Positions 33,285 through 46,495 of a stretch of DNA of 64,000 nt are shown here, piece by piece. How positions within the stretch are numbered: the stretch's first letter is position 1; the number at the start of each line of letters is the position of its first letter. This DNA is from Candidatus Poriferihabitaceae bacterium. Its GTDB lineage: Bacteria > Pseudomonadota > Gammaproteobacteria > Arenicellales > Poriferihabitantaceae. The notes below the pieces were generated by a model. That model was not told the origin of the DNA. It was given only the letters and a program-made list of their open reading frames with translations, and ran no database searches. The stretch is from positions 430 through 64,429 of the forward strand of contig CBDEFQ010000005.1 in NCBI GenBank assembly GCA_965237485.1, read 5' to 3'. The position numbers and the translations under genes are program-made.

Positions 33285-33428
33285 CATCGCAAGAAAGCAG
33301 GATTGATTCATCAACTCAAGTTTCGCTACGCTTCACTTGAGTTGATGATAAAGAAATATTATTGTATTTAATTGTTCAGTTTTACTCGCTGACAGGTGTC
33401 CAGTTTTAAACGCTGATTGACACTTAGA

Positions 33429-34109
33429 ATGAATAATTTGCCAGATAACGAAAATCTAGTGCTGCGTGTAGTTATCGCCGATGACCATGCTCTGGTACGC
33501 GGGGGTATGGCATTACTTGTTCAAACAGTTGAAGAAAACGTCGAGATCTATGAAGCGAGCGATCTACCTAACGTAATTTCTATTCTTTCCCAAGACATCA
33601 CAATAGATCTTATGCTGTTAGATTTATCGATGCCTGGAATAGGTGGCTTAGCTGGTATTAAAGACATCGTTGATACTTGGCCCGATGTGCCCATTATTAT
33701 CGTGTCGGTAACAGAAGATATTGATGTGATAGAGGATGCACTATCGATTGGGGTCATGGGTTATATCCCAAAATCCTCTACTCCAGATATTACCAATAGC
33801 GCAATAAAACTCGTTCTGTCAGGAGGAATTTATATACCGCCGCATGTCTTAAGATTGTCCATGCCTACGCCAAGATCACTCAACGACACCAATCCGTCTA
33901 AGCTAAGAATTCCCGCTTCAATAAAATTAACAACTCGACAAATGGAAGTATTGGAGTTAGTTTCTCAAGGAATGTCGAACAGAGCAATTGGTGATGATTT
34001 GGGACTGTCTGAAAATACGATTAAAATGCACATATCAAAACTATTCAAAATTTTAAAGGTAGAAAATAGAACAGAAGCAGTAGCAAAATATTCTGGCAAT
34101 CTCTTATAA
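33429..34109 (+). CDS. NarL/LuxR-family response regulator
   Basis: VIADDHALVR, LLDLSMPG and LTTRQMEVLELVSQGMSNRAIG...TIKMH motifs. Confidence 0.92.
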   Translation: MNNLPDNENLVLRVVIADDHALVRGGMALLVQTVEENVEIYEASDLPNVISILSQDITIDLMLLDLSMPGIGGLAGIKDIVDTWPDVPIIIVSVTEDIDVIEDALSIGVMGYIPKSSTPDITNSAIKLVLSGGIYIPPHVLRLSMPTPRSLNDTNPSKLRIPASIKLTTRQMEVLELVSQGMSNRAIGDDLGLSENTIKMHISKLFKILKVENRTEAVAKYSGNLL

Positions 34110-34410
34110 AATCTGACCTAATATTTTCTTCACAATTACTACAGGATTCGCTGTCTCAGAGTAGCCGCAGTAAACTTGACTAACAAAGTGCTCTTCGTAA
34201 AAACGGAATTCGCTGACCGCACCCACGCATGCCCGCAAATCGGCACTCACAGGCTCAACATATATACTATCGAGTATCAGAGATTTCCACTTAGTCTAGA
34301 ATTGAGGAGGTCTCTCAATGAAGAAGAAACCATATGCCGAAAATATTTCATCGACTTTCGCTAGATACTGTCTTTATGGTGCAGCTTATCAAAGCTCGCA
34401 AAGGAAAATT

Positions 34411-35448
34411 TTAAGGCACTAATGCAGGCAAGTCTAAGCCACTAGTCTCACCCAAGCCAAACAAAATATTCATGTTCTGAATAGCCTGCCCTGCCGCCCC
34501 TTTAACCAAGTTATCTTCTACCGATAATACTAAAGCTTGATTACTGGCTTTTAGATGGTACACCGCAATACAGCACATATTGGTGCCGCGAACAGATTTA
34601 GTATCTGGGTGTGAGCCTGCCGGCATTACATCCACAAAAGGTTCGTCTGCGTAGTGCGCTTCATATAGCACCTGTAGATCGACGTTGTCGCTCTTCAATT
34701 TAGCGTATAGGGTAGCGTGAATACCGCGAATCATCGGCATCAGGTGCGGCACAAAAGTCATGCTGACCATCTCGCCTGCCATTCGGCTTAGGCCTTGTTC
34801 GATCTCGGGTTGATGGCGATGCCCAGCAGCGGCATACGCTTTAACTGATTCACTGACTTCACTGAATAAATTATTCACCGATGCACCGCGGCCTGCGCCC
34901 GATACGCCAGATTTACAATCAGCGATCAGCGAATTGGTCTCAATCAATCCATTTACTAATAATGGCGCGTAGCCCAGTTGCACCGCAGTCGGGTAGCAAC
35001 CTGGATTCGCCACGATATTCGCTTGTTTTATTTCATCACGGTTAAATTCTGGCAAGCCATACACTGCCTCCGATAACAGTTCTGGGCAAGCATGTTGCAT
35101 GCCATACCATTTACTCCAAGTTGCTTCGTCTGAAATGCGAAAATCGGCGGAAAAATCAATAAGTTTTACATTGTCCTTTAGTAATTGCTTAGCGTAATTC
35201 ATGGCAACCCCATTGGGGGTGGCTGCAAAAACCACGTCACAGTGTGCGAAGCTGTCCTTTGTTGGCTCACTATACGCGAGATCATAATGTCCACGTAAAC
35301 TGGGATATAGTTCGCTAACTAGTTTATCGTTTTCACTGCGCGAAGTTATACAGAGCACCTCGGACTTAGGGTGCTGCGCTAGTAAACGCAGTAGTTCAAC
35401 TCCAGTGTATCCTGTGCCGCCGATAATACCGACTTTTAGTTTTTTCAT
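34411..35448 (-). CDS. argC: N-acetyl-gamma-glutamyl-phosphate reductase
   Basis: [16 protein letters not shown] and [11 protein letters not shown] motifs. Confidence 0.97.
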   Translation of the reverse strand: MKKLKVGIIGGTGYTGVELLRLLAQHPKSEVLCITSRSENDKLVSELYPSLRGHYDLAYSEPTKDSFAHCDVVFAATPNGVAMNYAKQLLKDNVKLIDFSADFRISDEATWSKWYGMQHACPELLSEAVYGLPEFNRDEIKQANIVANPGCYPTAVQLGYAPLLVNGLIETNSLIADCKSGVSGAGRGASVNNLFSEVSESVKAYAAAGHRHQPEIEQGLSRMAGEMVSMTFVPHLMPMIRGIHATLYAKLKSDNVDLQVLYEAHYADEPFVDVMPAGSHPDTKSVRGTNMCCIAVYHLKASNQALVLSVEDNLVKGAAGQAIQNMNILFGLGETSGLDLPALVP

Positions 35449-35536
35449 AGCTTTGAGAAAATATAATTGTAGATCAATATTCGATAAGCGATTGTGTCAT
35501 TTACCCTTACTTAAATAAAGCACTTAAACAAAGTAA

Positions 35537-37156
35537 CAGCAATTCCCGCTATCGCCTAAAAGGCCAGTGAAATCAGAATCTCTCATAAAAATGCTTGTGT
35601 TGGCTTTGTTACGGGGAATCGGGTTTCTCCTGCTAGCGTGAGGCTTGCTAATTTGGCTTGGTTTACCCTGAATAAACACTCACTCTAAACTGCTTCCGTC
35701 ACGGCCTCACTAAGAAGTATTATAAGCAATCGGCCCATTCGCTTTTATCCCATACGCCATCGCGCATAATATCGCCTCCCAATGTGGAATCAAGTGATTT
35801 AGAAATAGTCCGCGCAACGATTCCCACAAATTACGTTTACTTTGTTTGCTCTGTTGCGCTTGTCGAAACAGCGGACAACAGCGTTGTTGAATCTGATCAA
35901 TCATAAAAGCAAGCAACATCAACGACGCGAATACCGTCGACAAATGCTTATGGCCGTGACCGAAGTTGTGTTCAAAGTGATAGCCTTGGGTTTTCAGGGT
36001 GTTAAAGGTTCCGTTTTCAATCTTCCAGCGCGCTCGGGCTGCGCGCATAATCTGAGTCAGATTGTCATCCGACAATGGGATGTCAGTTACCCAGCTAAAG
36101 TGTCGTGTTTTGCCATTTGTTGTGGTTTCCCAGACTTCTAGGAAATTAGCTTCCAACTCAAAATGGCTATCATTCAATGGTACGCCGTTGGCGTAACGAA
36201 AACGCCGATGAACCCCTGCTTCATCTGTTTGTTCAACGCATTGTGTTTCTTTGGTGTGCTCAACCCAGTCAAATAGAAAACCATGATCGGATTCTTTAGC
36301 TCCGATAATAAAACGATGATTCAATGACTTAAGCAGTTTAATATGAGGTCCGTTAGACGCTAAACCATCCTCGATAACGATCAATTTCAAATGCGGATGC
36401 TCCCGCTTTAATGCGCTCAAAAAACGTTTCGAGGCATTACGCTCACAATCATTCTTATTGCTCCCATCCGCCTGCATGATCGGCTCTGGCGCAAACGGAA
36501 ATACTTCACGATGATCAGGATGCACCAACACCCCGCAAAGCATCTGATGATAATACGTCACCCGCCCATCGCGGTGATGCTTTTCACAACAGTTGGCGCA
36601 ATGAACCTTTGAGGAGGAAAAATAGCCCGTGCCATCAATTGATAATAGATAGTGACCCGCCAAATAATCGAATCCCTCTAAACCTTTGCCGCGTTGAAGG
36701 TTGGCAAATAATTTAGTAAACGCTTTACGTAACGAGACTGGGTCAACCTCGTCCAATCTTTGGCGCAACCAGCTATCGCTAGGAGCCTGCTTAATTCCAT
36801 ATAGTGCACGCAGGTTCTTACGGACTAATTCTTCTTTATCTTGAGGCTGATCAAATTGGAGTAATGATGGGTATTTTAATGAAAACACCGCAACACCAGA
36901 CATAAGACAATCAACAAGAGGTAAAGCTCGGCTCGCTTTAGTATCCTTTATCGAATCAAAACAGTGACGAACGGCGCTAAGTAACCCGGGGGCACTCAAC
37001 TGTTTACGCAGTGACGGTTGGGGCATCAGTCTTACTTATTTTATGAAATAGTGCTGATATCTTACTAAAAGCAGACGAAAGGTTACGAAATAATAATTGT
37101 AGAGCCTCCGTAGAACCGCTCATTTACTCAGTTTTTAGATCTAGCGGGAATTGCTG
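35537..37156 (-). mobile_element. IS4-like/ISNCY DDE element (1620 bp; transposase 35710-37026)
   Basis: Perfect IR CAGCAATTCCCGCTA; 9-bp DR ACAAAGTAA; LSIDGTGY, IEDGL and RARWKIEN motifs. Confidence 0.88.
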
Positions 37157-37355
37157 ACAAAGTAATTTCGTTGGTAAGCGATCTTAAAAACTGCAAATAT
37201 ACGATGCCCATCGACTGAAATTGACGAATTGAACCGTTTGAGCCTAAGACCAGCAAACAGGCCGCTTGACGACTATAATTTGCTTGACTTTAATCTACAA
37301 AACGCCCATATTCGCGCGCCTGAATATTTAAGTGATTCACCTTAGAGGAAGCAAA

Positions 37356-37619
37356 TTGGCTAATTCACCGCAAACACGCAAGCGCGCTCGTCAAAACGAC
37401 AAAGTACGTTTACACAATCGTAGTTATCGTTCAAGTGTGCGCACTTGCATTAAAGCGTTCTTAAAACTGGTGCAGTCCGCAGATAAAGACGGCGCTACAT
37501 CCGCATTTAAAACAGCGGGCTCTGCAATCGATAAAAGTGCAGGCAAAGGCTTAATGCACAAAAACCGTGCATCACGCTTAAAAAGCAGATTAAATGCACG
37601 ATTACGCGCAATCGCATAA
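37356..37619 (+). CDS. rpsT: 30S ribosomal protein S20 (TTG start)
   Basis: ANSPQTRKRARQ...HKNRASRLKSRL; GAGG RBS. Confidence 0.97.
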   Translation: MANSPQTRKRARQNDKVRLHNRSYRSSVRTCIKAFLKLVQSADKDGATSAFKTAGSAIDKSAGKGLMHKNRASRLKSRLNARLRAIA

Positions 37620-37661
37620 TCAATATTAAATAAGCTAAGCTACACCGCTCAGCGAATAACG

Positions 37662-37687
37662 AAAAGCAGCCATCGGCTGCTTTTTTT
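37662..37687 (+). terminator. Intrinsic (probably bidirectional) terminator between rpsT and proB
   Basis: AAAAGCAGCC-atc-GGCTGC-TTTTTTT. Confidence 0.75.
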
Positions 37688-37717
37688 ATATCTACGTTTT
37701 CAGCGTAAAAACTAAAG

Positions 37718-39912
<2,195 letters not shown>

Positions 39913-39948
39913 CTACTTATCGCTTGATTGATACTATAAGAACTCATT

Positions 39949-39981
39949 AAAAAAGCCCCGCTCTTACGAGACGAGGCTTTA
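39949..39981 (-). terminator. Intrinsic terminator after rpmA
   Basis: AAAGCCTCG-loop-CGGGGCTTTTTT on the minus strand. Confidence 0.65.
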
Positions 39982-40004
39982 CTAATTTCGGAACTTAAAA
40001 AATC

Positions 40005-40262
40005 CTACGCAGCGATTACGCTCACAAATTGACGGTTTTTTGGTCCCTTAACTTCAAATTTAACCTGACCTTCAGCCAAGGCAAATAACGTATCGTCTTT
40101 TCCACGACCTACATTCTGGCCCGGATGCACTTTAGTGCCGCGTTGACGAATAAGAATATTACCCGCTAATACGGCTTCGCCGCCAAATTTCTTCACGCCT
40201 AGACGTTTCGACTCAGAATCGCGACCGTTTCTGGAACTACCGCCTGCTTTTTTATGTGCCAT
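40005..40262 (-). CDS. rpmA: 50S ribosomal protein L27
   Basis: [16 protein letters not shown]. Confidence 0.98.
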   Translation of the reverse strand: MAHKKAGGSSRNGRDSESKRLGVKKFGGEAVLAGNILIRQRGTKVHPGQNVGRGKDDTLFALAEGQVKFEVKGPKNRQFVSVIAA

Positions 40263-40299
40263 TTTAGATTATCTCAATTATTTACGACGTCTATCGCGT

Positions 40300-40902
40300 T
40301 TAAGCCAGTTTCTTAGCCTGCTCAATCCACTCTTCGCGCTCAATTCGCCCTTTAAAACTTAGCTTACCATTAACTTCTTCTACTTGCTCTGGCGTAAACG
40401 CAGCGACTTGCGCGAAGGTGGTGATGCCTAAATCATTTAGCTTGCCTTCAATTACCGGGCCGATGCCGTTAATCGTAGTCAACTTATCTGCAGCTGAATC
40501 GCTTTTCGCCATAGCCTTAGCCGGAGCGATTTCTTCCGCCTTAGGTTCAGCCTTCTTCTTTGCAACTGCTTTCTTCTTCGCTGGTGTCTTAACCTCGCCA
40601 ATAGCCGTAATTTCTAGTTCAGTGAAGCTCTGGCGATGGCCTTGTAGGCGGCGGTATTTTTTACGTCGCTTGAATTTAACTACACGAATTTTCTCGCCTC
40701 GACCTTGACCAAGAACAGTTGCAGCAACGGATGTACCAACGACATGCGGCTCTCCGAGGGTTAATTTACCATCGTCGTTTACCATCAATACTTTATCTAG
40801 CTGCAAAGAAGCACCTTCTTCAGCATCAAGCTTTTCTACTTTAAGCTTGTCACCTACACTTACTCGATACTGCTTTTCACCTGTTTCTACTACCGCGTAC
40901 AT
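40300..40902 (-). CDS. rplU: 50S ribosomal protein L21 with C-terminal HhH-like extension
   Basis: L21 core to GHRQSFT, then an Ala/Lys linker and [21 protein letters not shown]. Confidence 0.95.
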   Translation of the reverse strand: MYAVVETGEKQYRVSVGDKLKVEKLDAEEGASLQLDKVLMVNDDGKLTLGEPHVVGTSVAATVLGQGRGEKIRVVKFKRRKKYRRLQGHRQSFTELEITAIGEVKTPAKKKAVAKKKAEPKAEEIAPAKAMAKSDSAADKLTTINGIGPVIEGKLNDLGITTFAQVAAFTPEQVEEVNGKLSFKGRIEREEWIEQAKKLA

Positions 40903-41012
40903 CGTCTGAGACTCCAGAAATTGTTAGTTAGATTTGACCCTTAAAAGGCTAAAAATCAAGGCACTGGATTGTATGCACCTACTGGGTTTTAGTCAATGAT
41001 ATAAGTGGTTAT

Positions 41013-42399
41013 TGTTACGAGTAAATTATCTGTCCTGATAATTAGCAAATAAACTGTCCGGATTTATCCTCCTCCCTTTTGGGAAGTGAGATGAGCCAGA
41101 TAGTATTTCTAAATAAGGTAAAACAGATGAGATTTGAAGAAGCGTATGAAGCTTATCAAGCTAAACGACTATCACCAGCGGATGCTGCCACAATACTGGG
41201 TGTTTGTGATCGAAGTTTTCGTAGGTACATTAATAAGTACGAAGAATCAGGATTGGATGGGCTGTTAGATCAGCGACTCAATCAGCCCTCACACAGGCGG
41301 GCACCCGTAGACGAAATGATCAAGCTACAAGACCTATACTCAACACGCTATCAAGGCTGGAATGTGCGCCACTTCCATACATGGTATCAACGCGAGCACC
41401 AAGGTAAGCGTAGCTACAGTTGGGTTAAGAATAAGCTACAAAGCGCAGACCTGGTGCGTAAATCTAAAACACGCGGCCCTCACCGCATTAAACGTCTACC
41501 TGGCGCCTTGCCAGGTAGGATGATTCACCAGGATGGCAGTACTCACCAATGGGTACCTGATGTGTCTTGGGACTTAATCGTCACCCTGGATGATGCCACC
41601 AATAAGCATTATTCCATGCGCTTTGTCGAAGAGGAAGGCACGCACAGCAGCTTGCTTGGGGTTAAAGATGTACTTAAGGTGAAGGGGCTATTCTGTTCGT
41701 TTTACTCTGACCGAGGCAGCCACTATTGGCATACGCCTGAGGCTGGCGGCAAGGTGGATAAGAATGGCCCAACTCAATTTGGGTTGGCGATGAAGAGATT
41801 AGGCATTGGCATGATAGCGGCTTATTCTCCTGAAGCCAGAGGCCGTTCCGAACGTGCGTTTGGCACACACCAAGGGCGATTACCGAACGAGCTTGCGTTG
41901 ATGGGTATCACTGGCATGCAAGCGGCTAATAAATACCTTAGAGATCATTATATGCCCAGACACAATAAAGAATTCAGTCATCCAGCTAGAGAGCAAGGCA
42001 GCGCCTTTGTGCCGCTTGCGGGCATCGATCTTGACGATTATCTATGCGAACAGTACGAGCGTGTGGTGGGTAAAGACAACAGCGTACAGTTTGAGACGCT
42101 GTCTCTGCAGCTACCTAAAGATCAACACCGCTATCATTACGTCAAAGCTAAAGTAAAAGTATCGCGCCACCTTGATGGCTCATTGTCGATTGATCATGGC
42201 CCAAGGCGATTAGGCCGATACACAGCCGATGGAATACTGGTGCAACAAAAACAGATTAAGAGCAAAGTTGCGTAACTGGGCTTCGCAATTTGCCGCCGAT
42301 GAATTCATTACGGGCTACGCCCTTCACTCATTCATCGGCAATAACTAAAGCGGACAGACTATGTGTTAATAATCCGGACAGTTCTATTTACTTCTAACA
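41013..42399 (+). mobile_element. IS1202-family (ISNCY/IS481-like) element, copy 1 (1387 bp; transposase ends 42275)
   Basis: TGT...ACA ends with repeated CTGTCC boxes; 16-bp DR TGATATAAGTGGTTAT; HQDGS, YSDRGS and ARGRSER motifs. Confidence 0.87.
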
Positions 42400-42536
42400 T
42401 GATATAAGTGGTTATTTTTAAGCAAGTTAGGTAGCGCAATTTCAACTTATTACTATGGTCGATGGATAAGATGGAGAAGATGGAGAAACCCATATTTCAA
42501 CGGCTTGCATAGCGACTAAAGCAACAACTCTTTCAA

Positions 42537-44612
42537 CCTAGATAAATCAGTTAAACGCGGAAAAGAGTAACTTCTCAATAACCCGTGGCAGGTAAAATAA
42601 AACAAAATATTTCTTGACAGGGTTTTACGCTAAAAGGAAGGTAATTCAACGTGGTCGAGTGACTCGATTTAGGTTGAGTTCCAGGGTGGTTGTAGGCCCC
42701 TTTACGCTAATAACAAAGATCGCTTAAGGACGTTCAGGGGTGTCTTCTTAACGTTCGTTGTGGCGCAGTTGAGAAGGCAAAATTGGACTTTCAAAACCGA
42801 TGGTACACTAAGGTCTATCCAGTTAACGGACGTTTAAGACCTTGAGTAAGCTACCCTCTATTCCCGACATTCCTGAACAAGAACAAACCCCCGCAGTAAA
42901 AATGTTGCGGGTGCTAGTGGAGCAGCTGTTGGTGCGAGTTCAACAACAGGACGAAGAAATAGCATTGCTTAAAGATGAAATCAATATCCTTAAGGGGCAG
43001 AAGAGGCGGCCTACTGTTAAGGGCGGTAATATGGATAAGAAAACAGAGCCAAAACGTTCATCTTCTAGCGACAAACCTAAGCAGCGAGCTGGGTCGAACA
43101 AGGCAAAGAAAACACCAAGGCTGTCAATTGACCTAAATCTGGTTATTGAACCAGCGAAGTCCGTGCCCGAAGGTTCTCGCTTTAAAGGCTATCGGGATTT
43201 TGTAGTGCAAGATTTGCTTATCAAGGTTCATACCACCCGCTATCGTTTAGCGCATTGGGTAACGCCAGACAATAAAAAGCTCAAAGGCCAGTTACCGACA
43301 TCCGTGGCAGGGCGACATTATGGGCCTCGTCTGGTCAGTTATATTCTCTATCAATATCATCATTGTCAAACCACGCAACCACTCTTGTTGGAACAGTTGC
43401 GAGAGTGGGGAATTGATATTTCTTCGGGACAAATTAACCCAATACTGATCCGCGCTAAAGAGCCCTTTCATGCTGAGAAAGAGGCGTTACTAAGCGTTGC
43501 TCTGAGCGCATCGTCTTACGTGACCGTGGACGATAGTGGTGCTCGCCATCAGGGCAAAAATGGCTATGTAACGCACATTGGTAATGACTTGTTTGCGTGG
43601 TTTAAAAGTACTCAATCAAAAAGTCGAATTAACTTCCTACCGCTATTAAGGGCTGGCAATACGGATTATCGTTTGAGTCAAAGTGCGTTGAATTATAGGC
43701 AACAACATGGATTGCCAAAGCAAGCCTTAGCCGCTGTAACTGAGCACCGGGAACGCCGTATTGCCAACGAGGATGACTGGCTTGAAATGCTCGATAGCCT
43801 GTTGATCATTAAGGCACGTCACCGACGTATCACCACCGAAGGGGCATTACTTGGTAGTATTTTGCATCATGGTCTGTGTGATGACATCGCTGTCGTCAGT
43901 GATGATGCAGGGCAATTTAACATTTTGGCTCATGCCTTGTGTTGGATGCACACCGAGCGCTTAATCCATAAGTTGATACCGCTGAACGAGGGACACCGGC
44001 AGGGCATTGCTAAAATACGCGACCAAGTCTGGTGCTTTTATCGGGCGTTAAAAGAGTATAAAACCCAGCCTTGCGAGAACCAACGTAAAATACTTGAGCA
44101 GCGTTTCGATGAAATCTTCACTCAACAGACATGCTACCAAACATTAAATCAGACGCTCAAACGAATCCATGCGAATAAAGCAGAATTACTGTTGGTGCTA
44201 GATCGACCAGATATTCCGTTACACACCAATGGCAGTGAAACAGACATTCGCGATTACGTGAAAAAACGAAAAGTGAGTGGCTCCACCCGCAGCGATGCTG
44301 GCCAGCAGTGTCGGGACACGTTTGCCAGTTTGAAAAAGACCTGCCGAAAACTGGATATATCGTTCTGGCACTACCTGACCCATCGACTTGGTATCGGTGA
44401 GCAACATATTGATCCTCTGCCAGATATCATTATGGAACGCGCCAGCTTTGCCACGGGTTATTGAGAAGTTACGGAAAAGACATGTAAGCAATTGAAGTGC
44501 ATAGTGAAATCAAAAAAGTCGCGGTCACCTTATCGGTGATAAGACCTTTTTGATTTTGCTAGGTGCATTAAGAGCTTGCATGGGCTTTCGTGTTTTAACT
44601 GATTTATCTAGG
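42537..44612. mobile_element. MITE subfamily A (162 bp when empty), split by an IS66-family element
   Basis: CCTAGATAAATCAGTTAAA IRs at 42537 and 44612; 5-bp DR TTCAA. Confidence 0.88.
42567..44472 (+). mobile_element. IS66-family single-ORF (ISBst12-like) element, copy 1 (transposase 42842-44464)
   Basis: Perfect 24-bp IR GTAACTTCTCAATAACCCGTGGCA; 8-bp DR GGAAAAGA; VDDSG, SDDAGQF and HTNGSETDIR motifs. Confidence 0.87.
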
Positions 44613-44673
44613 TTCAAGCAAAAGAGACTATTAATTCCCCCCACAGAAATGTAGGCAGTAATTGTGTGGCATG

Positions 44674-44693
44674 ATATAACAATCTCTTTATAT
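44674..44693. promoter_or_regulatory. Putative autoregulatory operator of the SahR-like regulator
   Basis: ATATAA-caatctct-TTATAT dyad 26 bp upstream of the ATG, resembling SahR/SamR boxes. Confidence 0.5.
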
Positions 44694-44719
44694 GCCAATA
44701 GGGCGAACAACATAAGCTG

Positions 44720-45652
44720 ATGGAATTACTCATTAAAACACTCAAAGCAATGGGAGAACCCACGCGATTGCGCATACTCGCAGTATTATCGCATTTTGAG
44801 CTCACCGTCACTGAGCTGGTCTTTATTCTGCAGCAAAGCCAGCCGCGAATTAGCCGGCATTTAAAGCTGCTAGTCGATGCAGGTCTACTAAAACGTTATC
44901 AAGAAGGCTCGTGGGTTTTCCACCGCCTTAATGACCAAAACACGCAGACACTAAAATTATGTGAGCTTATCGATCAGCACGATCCCATTTTGCTAGAAGA
45001 TAAAACCAAGTTAGAAGCGATTAAGCAACGCAATGCCGAGCTTGCTCAGACCTACTTTAGAGAACAAGCAAAAGACTGGGACACGATTCGTCAACTTATA
45101 GGTTCGGATGAAAGTATCGAGCAGTCTATGCTGGATTCTGTCAATAAAAATGAAATCGATTTCATGGCCGACCTAGGCACAGGGACAGGACGCATTTTAG
45201 AAATTTTTGCGCCAAAACTGAAAAACGGTGTCGGCTTCGACCTTAATCACGCAATGCTAAATGTCGCTCGTGCCAACTTGGAGAAAAGCAAAATCAATCA
45301 CTGCCAAGTTAGGCAAAGTGACATCCGAGCCTTACCGCTAGAAAGCACATCAGTTGATTTAGTTACACTGCATCAAGTTTTGCATTATTTACATAACCCT
45401 ATCGCTGTAATTCAAGAGGCCGCTCGCATTCTAAAACCGAATGGGGAGATACTGATCGTTGACTATGCCAAGCATCAACACGAATTTTTACGCTCGGAGC
45501 ACGCTCACCGACGCTTGGGGTTTTCCAATTCAGAAGTTAAATTTTGGTGCGAAAATAATGACTTAGATGTAAAGGGCTGTAAAACAGTTAGTCGAAACAA
45601 CGCCGAACAAGGTTTAAACGTTATGTTATGGCATTTAGTAAAATTACCCTAG
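44720..45652 (+). CDS. ArsR HTH plus SAM-binding methyltransferase-domain regulator (SahR-like)
   Basis: GEPTRLRIL...QSQPRISRHLKLL, DLGTGTG and HQVLHY motifs. Confidence 0.88.
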   Translation: MELLIKTLKAMGEPTRLRILAVLSHFELTVTELVFILQQSQPRISRHLKLLVDAGLLKRYQEGSWVFHRLNDQNTQTLKLCELIDQHDPILLEDKTKLEAIKQRNAELAQTYFREQAKDWDTIRQLIGSDESIEQSMLDSVNKNEIDFMADLGTGTGRILEIFAPKLKNGVGFDLNHAMLNVARANLEKSKINHCQVRQSDIRALPLESTSVDLVTLHQVLHYLHNPIAVIQEAARILKPNGEILIVDYAKHQHEFLRSEHAHRRLGFSNSEVKFWCENNDLDVKGCKTVSRNNAEQGLNVMLWHLVKLP

Positions 45653-45655
45653 TTT

Positions 45656-46231
45656 TTATTTATTTAGCGCCGAGTGACGGAAACATTTTACGGTGTGGTC
45701 ATTAACCATTCCAATGCCCTGCATATAGGCATAGCAAACGGTCGGGCCAACAAACTTAAAACCGCGTTTTTTCATGTCCTTGCTCATTAACGCAGAAATA
45801 ATAGTCTTGCTAGGCACCTCATCGACTGATCGCCAATAACTTTGGATAACGTCATTGTGAGAAAAGGACCACACATAAGCAGCAAAGCTACCCCATTCTT
45901 TTTGTATATCAAGAAAAATTTTTGCGTTGCTAAATACTGAATCTAATTTGGGTCTATAGCGCACCAAGCCCTTGTTGTGCATCAAGCCGTCACGACGTTT
46001 TTGCCTAATTCGGGTAATTTTAAGTGCGTCAAAATCACTAAATGCCTTCTTGTAAGCCGCGCGCTTACTTAGGACCGTATTCCAACTAAGCCCTGATTGA
46101 GCGCCCTCAAGCGTTAGCATTTCAAATAGCAAACGGTCGTCATGAACCGGAGTGCCCCATTCTTCGTCGTGATATTGTAGCTCCAGTTTTGAAGCTCCAA
46201 CCCACGCGCATCTTTCCTTCGTTTTTTCCAT
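45656..46231 (-). CDS. tag: DNA-3-methyladenine glycosylase I
   Basis: RCAW, YHDEEWG, LEGAQSGLSW, GFKFVGPT and NDH motifs. Confidence 0.95.
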   Translation of the reverse strand: MEKTKERCAWVGASKLELQYHDEEWGTPVHDDRLLFEMLTLEGAQSGLSWNTVLSKRAAYKKAFSDFDALKITRIRQKRRDGLMHNKGLVRYRPKLDSVFSNAKIFLDIQKEWGSFAAYVWSFSHNDVIQSYWRSVDEVPSKTIISALMSKDMKKRGFKFVGPTVCYAYMQGIGMVNDHTVKCFRHSALNK

Positions 46232-46495
46232 AGCGATACTAGTTCAAGGACTGTGAGTTAACTGCCAGCAGTTTACGTGAAAACGCGCTCCAAATAAACT
46301 CCTGTAATGCCTTAGCCAACTTTATGATGTGCTATGCATTAAGTTGTTAAACCGCAAAGGATGATTAAGGCACGAGCCTGAGCTGCTAATATAAGGAACA
46401 ATACCAGACCGACAATTCTTGAAACGAGAAGCGCATTGCACTCAATGTAACTACAGCCTAACGAATCAGCAGTGCTGTTAGATTACTCAACTTCG

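Larger units (their letters stand above)
31273..33422 (+). mobile_element. Second IS21-family element, right-hand remnant
   Basis: istA tail (ANVTRYDQLCAEVSHA) overlapping the istB ATG; tandem CAGTTTT..CGCTGA boxes ending TGACA at 33422. Confidence 0.82.

Noticed and set aside
33308-33348. Long hairpin TCATCAACTCAAGT...ACTTGAGTTGATGA as an ncRNA or attC site
   Set aside because: It lies inside the IS21 right end after istB; no integron integrase or attC R boxes seen
33417-33445. TTGACA at the IS21 end as a hybrid promoter for the response regulator
   Set aside because: A correctly spaced -10 would fall inside the coding sequence and there is no convincing match
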